In this document: in pieces, positions 25,616 to 32,018 of the stretch
Layout of the letters: each line of letters opens with the position of its first letter
Numbering within the stretch: position 1 is the stretch's first letter
DNA from: Planctomycetota bacterium
GTDB lineage: Bacteria; Planctomycetota; SZUA-567
Length of the DNA stretch: 32,018 nucleotides
NCBI GenBank assembly: GCA_036745875.1
Contig: DAIOFH010000035.1
Span: 1-32,018, forward strand
Reading direction: 5' to 3'
Translations under genes and position numbers: made by a program
The notes under the pieces: generated by a model
The model's database searches: none
Seen by the model: only the letters and a program-made list of their open reading frames with translations
What the model was told of the DNA's origin: nothing

Positions 25616-27214
25616 ATGGCAAAACTGAAAAAGCACCGGCCGCTTGTCGTCATCGGCATGTTCGGAACAAACCTCGACGCTTCGCCGCAGGGTCGCAGCG
25701 AACGCTGGGAGCGCTGGCGGCCAAGCCTGTCCATTTGCCAGCACGATGATCTCATAGTCGACCGCTTCGAGTTGTTGCACGGCCGCGGCCATGACAAAAG
25801 CGCCGCCCTCCTCGCGGGCGACATGGAAACGGTCTCGCCGGAGACGAAAGTCAACCTGCACGAAATAGCCATGCACGATCCCTGGGATTTCGAGGAAGTC
25901 TATTCCGCGTTGTACGACTTTGCCCACGGCTATGCCTGGAGGCACGAGACTGAGGATTATCTTGTCCACATCACCACCGGCACGCATGTGGCGCAGATCT
26001 GCCTTTTCCTCCTGGCCGAATCGAGGCATTTTCCGGCGAAGCTTCTGCAAACCAGCCCGCCGAAACGGCGGCGAAGTCAAAACGCCGGTTCCTTCGCCGT
26101 CATCGACCTTGACCTGTCCAAATACGACCGCCTCGCCAGCCGCTTCGACAAAACGACTGAAAACGACCTCGCGTTCCTCAAGTCCGGGATCGACACCAGG
26201 AACAAGCGCTTCAACCGGCTTATCGAGGAAATAGAGAAAGTTGCGGTGCGTTCGCCCGAGCCGCTCCTGCTGATCGGGCCGACGGGCGCGGGCAAATCCC
26301 AACTTGGCAAAAAAATATACGAGCTCAAGAAAAACCGGCGGCTCGTCAGCGGGCCGTTTGTGGAAGTCAATTGCGCCACCCTCCGGGGCGACCAGGCGAT
26401 GGCCGCCCTGTTCGGCCATGCCAAGGGCGCATTCACCGGCGCGATCGAAAGCCGGGACGGCCTACTCAGGAAAGCGGACAAGGGCATGTTGTTCCTGGAC
26501 GAGATCGGCGAACTCGGCCTTGACGAACAGGCGATGCTGCTCCGGGCAGTGGAGGAAAAACGGTTTTTGCCGCTCGGGTCCGACAGCGAGGTGTTTTCCG
26601 ATTTCCAGCTCATCGCGGGAACCAACCGCGACCTGGCGCAGGAGGCCGAGGCGGGAATGTTTCGCAGCGACCTTCTCGCCCGCATCGATGTATGGACCTT
26701 CCGCCTGCCGGGATTGGCCGAGCGGCGGGAGGACATCGCGCCAAACCTTGACTACGAACTGGAGCGCGCGTCGGGGCAACTCGGGCGCAGGATCACCATG
26801 AACGCGGAGGCGAGAAAGGCATTTCTGGAGTTCGCCGATTCGGACCGGGCGACCTGGGCGGCCAATTTCCGCGACTTGGCGGCGGCGGTGACGCGGATGG
26901 CCACCCTCGCCGACGGCGGAAGGATCGCCCTTGCCGAATGCCGGACGGAGATAGGCCGCCTGGAACAGCAGTGGCGGTCGGGCAAGAGCGAAAGCGTTCC
27001 CGCCTTCCCCCATCTGGACCTTTTCGACGCGGTGCAGCTGGAAAAAGTGCTGGAGATATGCAGGCGTTGCGAAAGCTTGTCCGGTGCCGGCCGCGTGCTT
27101 TTCCAGACGTCGCGGCAAAAACGCAAACAAGCCAACGACGCCGACCGCCTGCGGAAATACCTGGCCAAATTCGGCCTTTCCTGGAAAGACATAATTAAAA
27201 CTGAAAATCAATAA
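25616..27214 (+). CDS. rtcR: Sigma-54 dependent transcriptional regulator RtcR (CARF domain, AAA+ domain, HTH)
   Basis: 532 aa. It is collinear with E. coli RtcR as recalled from memory: N-terminal CARF region with RWxRWRP, Walker A GPTGAGKS, GAFTGA in HAKGAFTGA, and C-terminal DADRLRKYLAKFGLSW. Confidence 0.9.
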   Translation: MAKLKKHRPLVVIGMFGTNLDASPQGRSERWERWRPSLSICQHDDLIVDRFELLHGRGHDKSAALLAGDMETVSPETKVNLHEIAMHDPWDFEEVYSALYDFAHGYAWRHETEDYLVHITTGTHVAQICLFLLAESRHFPAKLLQTSPPKRRRSQNAGSFAVIDLDLSKYDRLASRFDKTTENDLAFLKSGIDTRNKRFNRLIEEIEKVAVRSPEPLLLIGPTGAGKSQLGKKIYELKKNRRLVSGPFVEVNCATLRGDQAMAALFGHAKGAFTGAIESRDGLLRKADKGMLFLDEIGELGLDEQAMLLRAVEEKRFLPLGSDSEVFSDFQLIAGTNRDLAQEAEAGMFRSDLLARIDVWTFRLPGLAERREDIAPNLDYELERASGQLGRRITMNAEARKAFLEFADSDRATWAANFRDLAAAVTRMATLADGGRIALAECRTEIGRLEQQWRSGKSESVPAFPHLDLFDAVQLEKVLEICRRCESLSGAGRVLFQTSRQKRKQANDADRLRKYLAKFGLSWKDIIKTENQ

Positions 27215-27234
27215 AGAATATTTTCGAAAAAATA

Positions 27235-27263
27235 TTGACTTGCCAATAAAGTATCGCTATTAT
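27235..27263 (+). promoter_or_regulatory. Sigma-70 promoter of tRNA-Gly (TTGACT-N17-TATTAT)
   Basis: TTGACT at 27235-27240, a 17-nt spacer, TATTAT at 27258-27263, about 58 nt upstream of the tRNA. The leader contains a GGGGAAAG-caa-CTTTCCCC hairpin at 27282-27300. Confidence 0.55.
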
Positions 27264-27320
27264 GTCTCTTCCCAAACAGGGGAAAGCAACTTTCCCCTAT
27301 TTATTATGTACATACGCAAT

Positions 27321-27396
27321 GCGGGCGTAGCTCAGTGGCTAGAGCACCACCTTGCCAAGGTGGGGGTCGAGGGTTCGAATCTCTTCGCCCGCTCCA
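27321..27396 (+). tRNA. tRNA-Gly (anticodon GCC)
   Basis: GCGGGCG-TA-GCTC-AGTGGCTA-GAGC-A-CCACC-TTGCCAA-GGTGG-GGGTC-GAGGG-TTCGAAT-CTCTT-CGCCCGC-T-CCA; a canonical cloverleaf with CCA encoded. Confidence 0.9.
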
Positions 27397-27404
27397 ATAT
27401 TAGA

Positions 27405-27447
27405 CAACCCCTTATGCCATATGGCGTAAGGGGTTGTTTGTTTATGC
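27405..27447 (+). terminator. Rho-independent terminator after tRNA-Gly
   Basis: 16-bp stem acaaccccttatgcca / tggcgtaaggggttgt (one mismatch), 2-nt loop, then ttgtttatg. Confidence 0.7.
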
Positions 27448-27524
27448 ACTGATCCATACCCGGATAAAGCACGATACTATAACAAGAGCATTCGCAGCCG
27501 AAGAAAAATCCCGCATTGTCCCGG

Positions 27525-28598
27525 TCAGTCATCCAGGCTTTTTGCTTCCAGATACTCCGACAGCAAGTCAGCTATTTGGATATTGTTGAGATCGGAGAAT
27601 GGAAAATGCGTATTGCCGGTAATGCCGATTTCCGGCAGGTGCACGACAGTCGCATCGCCGCCGTACCGGTTGACGGTGTCGGCGAAATCCCTCGCCAACT
27701 GCAATTCGGCGCGCCATTGATCCATGCCGTAATGCTCGGTCGGTTCGGTGGCGATGTTGTCGCCGTAATAAATCACGATGGGAATGGAGGCGAGCTTCTT
27801 GAAATCCTCCAGCGGTATCCCTCTGCCTGCCCTTGGACCAAAGGATGTGTCGATGGGCTCGGGAACTTCGCCCTCGGGAAAAACAAAAGGGCTTCCGCCC
27901 GGCTCGTAGGCGACAATGGCACGTACCTTGTCGCTGCGTATCGCAGTCAACCATCCCGGCGACCCGCCCTGCGAATGCGTCACCAGTATGCCGGGGCCAA
28001 TCCGGTCGAAAAAGGCGACCATGGCATCGGCAACCACGGTAAAATCCAATGGCCCCGTGTTTGGCGTTATCTGGCGGAAGTATTGGTCAAGACTTGCGGA
28101 ATCCTGCGGGAACTGAACGCCGGGGAAAAAATCCGGGTAATTGCCCAAACGGAAAAGCATGTGATAGGTAATGTTCACAAAACTCGGTTGCAGGTCAATT
28201 GCCAGGGACGATTGTCCCGCCTTGGCGCGCCGCGGCTGGTCCACCAGGTAGACTCCGAACCGCCGGCGCAGGAAAATATTCTGGAAGCCTTCGCGGCCGT
28301 CGGGAGTGCTTTCCCACGTTTTTGAGGACTGGAATCCTCCATGAAGAAAAACGAGCGGCAGCTTTCTCGCGTTGACCGGTATTTGGTACGAGACATAGGC
28401 GTGGTCGGCATAGGTGGACTGTCCGTCCGGCCTGCGGAAATTGCCGGGATCGTACTCCCCCGGAGCGGTCACCACAATCCCGCCGGCGGTGAAACTCCCC
28501 TGTTCCTGCACCATGAGCGGCGGTTGTTGCGCCTCCCCGGCGATAGCCAGCACCGGAAGCACACAGGCAAGCAGAGCGGGTAAAACAAAACGAATCAT
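27525..28598 (-). CDS. Secreted alpha/beta-hydrolase fold protein
   Basis: Signal peptide MIRFVLPALLACVLPVLAIAG and the nucleophile elbow VTHSQGGSPG (GxSxG). Start at ATG 28596-28598, preceded by AAGGAGG. Confidence 0.7.
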   Translation of the reverse strand: MIRFVLPALLACVLPVLAIAGEAQQPPLMVQEQGSFTAGGIVVTAPGEYDPGNFRRPDGQSTYADHAYVSYQIPVNARKLPLVFLHGGFQSSKTWESTPDGREGFQNIFLRRRFGVYLVDQPRRAKAGQSSLAIDLQPSFVNITYHMLFRLGNYPDFFPGVQFPQDSASLDQYFRQITPNTGPLDFTVVADAMVAFFDRIGPGILVTHSQGGSPGWLTAIRSDKVRAIVAYEPGGSPFVFPEGEVPEPIDTSFGPRAGRGIPLEDFKKLASIPIVIYYGDNIATEPTEHYGMDQWRAELQLARDFADTVNRYGGDATVVHLPEIGITGNTHFPFSDLNNIQIADLLSEYLEAKSLDD

Positions 28599-28620
28599 GT
28601 ATTCCTCCTTGTATAGGTTG

Positions 28621-29103
28621 CTACGAATCCATACCAATGGCGCGTAACCACTCCGTTACCTGCCGTGCGAGCCTGCCGCCTCCGTTGCCGGAGACGACAA
28701 GTCCTGTCTTGCAGTCGGCTCCGCTGCAAAGCTCCGCTATGTCCCTCTCCATCCGGCCTTCGCCGCCGCCGCCATGGGTGCAAAACGGTATGACCGTCTT
28801 GCCGGCCCAATCGCATCCGGCAAGAAGCGTCGCAACCGGCGGAGCCATGGTATGCCACCAGATCGGCGAGCCGACGAATACAGTGTCATAGGATTCGATT
28901 CCCTCGGGTGTTCCTTTCAGGTGCGGCCTGAATCCCGCCTGGATTTCCTTCTTTGCCTGCTCGACGACGGCATTGTACGATGTCGGATAGGGCGAGACCG
29001 GTTCCACCTCGAAAAGATCGCCCTGGGTTTTCTCCCGGATGCATTCGGCGATTATCCTGGTGTTTCCGGAATGGGAATAATAGACGATAAGGATATTGCT
29101 CAT
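28621..29103 (-). CDS. Flavodoxin
   Basis: 160 aa; the N-terminal FMN phosphate loop MSNILIVYYSHSGNT and a flavodoxin-like fold; no signal peptide. Confidence 0.75.
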   Translation of the reverse strand: MSNILIVYYSHSGNTRIIAECIREKTQGDLFEVEPVSPYPTSYNAVVEQAKKEIQAGFRPHLKGTPEGIESYDTVFVGSPIWWHTMAPPVATLLAGCDWAGKTVIPFCTHGGGGEGRMERDIAELCSGADCKTGLVVSGNGGGRLARQVTEWLRAIGMDS

Positions 29104-29129
29104 TTTTGTCTCCTTTGCTGCAATGCTGT

Positions 29130-29792
29130 TTATATGGTTTTCCCAAGCTGGTACGCCTGCTCGGGAAATGGTGTGCGCTCTATTGCTCCGGCTGGCCAGA
29201 CTCCGGGGGCAACGACTTTACCCGAATCGGCCCAGCCCAAATAGCGCAGCAAAACTTCGTAATGCGAAAGCATCGGCATGGCCTCGCTGGCGGCCGTGTT
29301 GGCGTAGGTCATCATCAATACAGCCCGCTTCCCGCCATGCAGCCGCGAGCTGACGGAATAAAAGCGGTCGATTACCGCCTTCAACTGGGACGATACACCG
29401 AAGTAGTACATTGGCGTGGCGAAGGCAACCACGTCAGCGTCGAGGAGGGACGGGCGAATCGAAAGAAAATCGTCTTCCAAGACGCAATCCCCGTTCATCC
29501 CGCAAGCATTGCAGGCCGTGCAGGGATTGACGTTCTTGGAGGCCGAATCGAAGCGCGTCACTTCATGCCCCGCCTCTTCTGCGCCCTGGATAAATCGACC
29601 GGCAAGCGTGTTCGAATTGCCGTTTTTTCTCGGGCTCCCCGTCAAGACCAGCACCTTCATGCTTTTTCTCCTCTCCGTTCCCTGTGCAGGGCCGGCTGGC
29701 AACAATTCGGCGGCCGACGTTTTCCGGACATAAGCCGAACCTCCCAATACGGTCGCGGCCAATGCGGTTTTCAGAAAATCCCTTCGGTTCAT
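29130..29792 (-). CDS. Iron-sulfur flavoprotein (Isf)-like NAD(P)H-dependent FMN reductase with an N-terminal twin-arginine (Tat) signal
   Basis: Tat motif MNRRDFLKTALAATVLGGSAYV, then MKVLVLTGSPRKNGNSNTL (flavodoxin-like fold), and the compact Cys cluster CTACNACGMNGDC typical of Isf [4Fe-4S] sites. A second strong SD (GGAGAGGAGA) precedes the internal Met45. Confidence 0.65.
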   Translation of the reverse strand: MNRRDFLKTALAATVLGGSAYVRKTSAAELLPAGPAQGTERRKSMKVLVLTGSPRKNGNSNTLAGRFIQGAEEAGHEVTRFDSASKNVNPCTACNACGMNGDCVLEDDFLSIRPSLLDADVVAFATPMYYFGVSSQLKAVIDRFYSVSSRLHGGKRAVLMMTYANTAASEAMPMLSHYEVLLRYLGWADSGKVVAPGVWPAGAIERTPFPEQAYQLGKTI

Positions 29793-29826
29793 GTCAATAT
29801 CCTTTCCGTCCGCATTTTGGCAACGC

Positions 29827-30270
29827 CTATTGCTTCACCTCGACGTGCACGGAAAATTCACCCTGCATCGAGGCAAGCTTCTCCACACCGGATTCGATGG
29901 CGCCGAGGGGGATGAGCCCGCTGCCGTACCGGAAATCGCGGTAGAATACCGCCAAATTCCCCCATGGCGCATAGTAGGTGAAATCGCCAGCGGACGGGGT
30001 GCAGCCGGGCGGCGAGCCATCGACGGAAAGGCGTTGGGGCAAGTCGCTTATCTTCTCGGTCGCGTTGTAATCACGAAAGGCCAGGGTCATGGGAAGCATG
30101 GCGATAAAATCCCGGCTCGCCGGTGAATCGTTAAGGCGGACAGTCAGTTCTTCGCCGTCGAATTTCAGGAGAATGGCTGTGCTCATATCGTCATTTCCTT
30201 TTGCCCTTTCACCGGCGGCGGCAAACAACGTCGCCAGCAAGGCAGTCATAATTACGGTCAGTATACGCAT
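29827..30270 (-). CDS. Secreted cyclophilin-like fold protein (uncharacterised)
   Basis: Signal peptide MRILTVIMTALLATLFAAAG. The body (LTVRLNDSPASRDFIAMLP...FTYYAPWGNLAVFY) resembles the cyclophilin-like family. Start trimmed from the longer basic-rich ORF. Confidence 0.45.
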   Translation of the reverse strand: MRILTVIMTALLATLFAAAGERAKGNDDMSTAILLKFDGEELTVRLNDSPASRDFIAMLPMTLAFRDYNATEKISDLPQRLSVDGSPPGCTPSAGDFTYYAPWGNLAVFYRDFRYGSGLIPLGAIESGVEKLASMQGEFSVHVEVKQ

Positions 30271-30344
30271 ATATTTTTCCCGCCGATGCAAAAGCACTTT
30301 AAAGGTAAGTCGTTCACAGGCTTTCTCAAAACTGCCATATAGGG

Positions 30345-30815
30345 TTATTTGTTGTATTGCTCGTCGGTGACGGCTTCCAGCCAGTCGACGTTTTTGCCGT
30401 CGAGTTCTCCAGTGACGGTGAGATGGGTCATGGCGACGTTCGACGCCGCGCCGTGCCAGTGCTTGACGCCTTTGGGACAAGTAACGACGTCTCCGGCCCG
30501 GATCTCCTCGACCTTGCCGTCCCAGGTGCCCGTTCTGCCGACGCCGGAGATGACGAATATCTGTTGCCCGGCGGGATGGGTGTGCCAGTTTGACCGCGCG
30601 CCCGGCTCGAACGTCACCATGCCTGCGCCGGCGGAAATGCCGTCTATGGACGTAAAGACGGGTTCTATGCGGACATTGCCGGTAAAAATGTCGGCGGGAC
30701 CTTTTCTCGCATCCCTCTCTCCCGCGCGGGTGATTTTCTGTTCCTCACCGGAAAAACCAATAGTGGAGCAACAAAGAACCAGACTCCCGAAAACAAGTGC
30801 GTTAAGAATTTTCAT
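30345..30815 (-). CDS. Secreted cupin-domain protein
   Basis: Signal peptide MKILNALVFGSLVLCCSTIGFSG. Cupin motifs NWHTHPAGQQIFVISG and GDVVTCPKGVKHWHGA. Confidence 0.7.
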   Translation of the reverse strand: MKILNALVFGSLVLCCSTIGFSGEEQKITRAGERDARKGPADIFTGNVRIEPVFTSIDGISAGAGMVTFEPGARSNWHTHPAGQQIFVISGVGRTGTWDGKVEEIRAGDVVTCPKGVKHWHGAASNVAMTHLTVTGELDGKNVDWLEAVTDEQYNK

Positions 30816-30840
30816 TATTTTTCCTTTTCAGAAACGACTT

Positions 30841-31959
30841 CTATTTTAATTTGGAGTATTCCGCATCGCCAACCGGCTCCAGCCATTCCGTGGAAGCGCC
30901 TTCTGCAGGGACACTCACCGCAAGGTGCACAAACCAGGAGTCCTTGGCCGCGCCATGCCAGTGTTTCACGCCCGCAGGGATATTGACCACGTCGCCGGCA
31001 TGCAGTTCCTGAGCGGGCTTGCCTTCTTCCTGGTACCAGCCGCGGCCGCCGGTGACGAGCAGGATCTGCCCGCCCTTGTGATGTATGTGCCAATTGTTGC
31101 GGCATCCGGGTTCGAAGGTCACGTTGCCGATGGGCGCGCCGGTAGTGGTCAGCATGTTTAGATAGCTTGTCCCGGTGAAGTATTGGGCATACTCGCTGTT
31201 TTCCTCCCCAACCGGGAAAATCACGCCATCGGCAATTTCGCTGTTGTTTGCGCCCAGGAATGAATCAAGCTCCGCCCGTGCGCCATTGCCGACCGATCCG
31301 CCGACCTTGTCGCCAAGGATTGCCGTGATTTTTTTCAGCTGGGCGGGGGTAATGCCGATGTTCATGCTGATGTTGAAGTGGCTGCGCAGTTGCGACTCGA
31401 CCCCGGCAATGCTGGCGAGGGCGGAGACAGTCGCGATTTCCCTGCTTTGCCAGTCAAGATTGTCGCGCCCGAAGATGTCGCCGAAAAGATGGGCTTTCAG
31501 AAATTGGTCGACGGCGGGGGCGAAATCCATCAAACCGCCCCGCACCGGAGCGCCGGCAAGGGCGGTCTGGTTTTCCGTCCCCAACTCCAGCGCTGTTTTG
31601 CCGTCACGGGGAAATGGGCCGGCAGCTTTGCCCACCGCGTCGTTGATGCCTTTCTGCCGCCTGGCTTCAAGCGTTTCCGAAAAAGCGCCCAGGGCGTTCA
31701 GGCAGCGGGGAAAGCCGGCATACGCGTACAACTGGACAAGGATTTCCTTGATTTCGTTGATGGTCAAGCCTGCGTCGAGCCCCTCGCCCAGGGCTTGTTT
31801 GAGTCCCCGCATGTCGCCGCTGGCGGTAAATGAGGCTATGGGGACAATGGCTTGCTGTTTGGCGTTCAATGGTCCGGTATCCATGGCGAATCCTTCCGAA
31901 AAAATGCTGGATAATAGGCAAATGATGCTGCAGAGGAAATACGTCGTCGGTCTTCTCAT
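30841..31959 (-). CDS. Secreted carboxymuconolactone-decarboxylase (AhpD-like) family protein fused to a C-terminal cupin domain
   Basis: Signal peptide MRRPTTYFLCSIICLLSSIFSEGFA. Two CMD-like helical repeats (e.g. IKEILVQLYAYAGFPRCLNALG), then the cupin motif NNWHIHHKGGQILLVTGG...GDVVNIPAGVKHWHGA, which is paralogous to the neighbouring cupin. Confidence 0.65.
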   Translation of the reverse strand: MRRPTTYFLCSIICLLSSIFSEGFAMDTGPLNAKQQAIVPIASFTASGDMRGLKQALGEGLDAGLTINEIKEILVQLYAYAGFPRCLNALGAFSETLEARRQKGINDAVGKAAGPFPRDGKTALELGTENQTALAGAPVRGGLMDFAPAVDQFLKAHLFGDIFGRDNLDWQSREIATVSALASIAGVESQLRSHFNISMNIGITPAQLKKITAILGDKVGGSVGNGARAELDSFLGANNSEIADGVIFPVGEENSEYAQYFTGTSYLNMLTTTGAPIGNVTFEPGCRNNWHIHHKGGQILLVTGGRGWYQEEGKPAQELHAGDVVNIPAGVKHWHGAAKDSWFVHLAVSVPAEGASTEWLEPVGDAEYSKLK

Positions 31960-32018
31960 ATGGTCCTGTCTTATTTCGCTTCCTGAGTCATTGTAAAAAT
32001 AAGGTAGTCCAGGCAGTC

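Noticed and set aside
1-32018. CRISPR arrays, insertion sequences, integrases or a prophage
   Set aside because: There are no regularly spaced direct repeats, no transposase or integrase-like translations in any frame, and no phage structural genes. The only mobility hint is the tRNA-Gly adjacency

Overview
This is a GC-rich window that is almost entirely coding. From its content it probably comes from an anaerobic sulfate-reducer-like bacterium (taxon call is inference only). The evidence for that is a rubredoxin, an iron-sulfur-flavoprotein-like gene carrying a Tat signal, and a sigma-54 dependent RtcR.

Positions 1-21,600 are mostly housekeeping genes. On the minus strand there is a chain of genes joined by ATGA stop/start overlaps: an M48-like pseudo-peptidase, a SurA-like PPIase and TsaC, followed by RpiB, Cmk, LptD and RuvB. 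Also here are SurE, a tyrosine phosphatase, a divergent TetR regulator with a palindromic operator, UvrA, a HicA/HicB toxin-antitoxin pair, an HxlB-like SIS protein, ComF, a flavin reductase, HldD, ArfB, CysS and a MATE exporter. A 52-aa rubredoxin sits at 18,223-18,381 and is absent from the supplied ORF track.

The most interesting locus is 21,615-27,214, an RNA-repair (Rtc) module with unusual architecture. It has rtcB. It has an rtcA whose 341-aa cyclase domain is fused in frame behind a 331-aa SPFH/band-7 domain; this domain starts with three tandem copies of the SPFH N-terminal strand, and a strong internal ribosome-binding site sits exactly at the RtcA Met. Upstream and co-oriented are two tandem non-canonical tRNA-like elements at 25,164-25,308, one of which carries an encoded CCA. 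The sigma-54 activator RtcR (CARF-AAA+ with GAFTGA motif) is divergent and has a textbook sigma-70 promoter.

A canonical tRNA-Gly(GCC) at 27,321-27,396 has its own promoter and terminator. Downstream of it is a minus-strand cluster of mostly signal-peptide-bearing redox and detoxification proteins: an alpha/beta hydrolase, a flavodoxin, a Tat-signal Isf-like flavoprotein, a cyclophilin-like protein, a cupin and a CMD-cupin fusion.

I see no CRISPR array, transposase or integrase. The several long plus-strand ORFs antisense to real genes are GC-driven artefacts.
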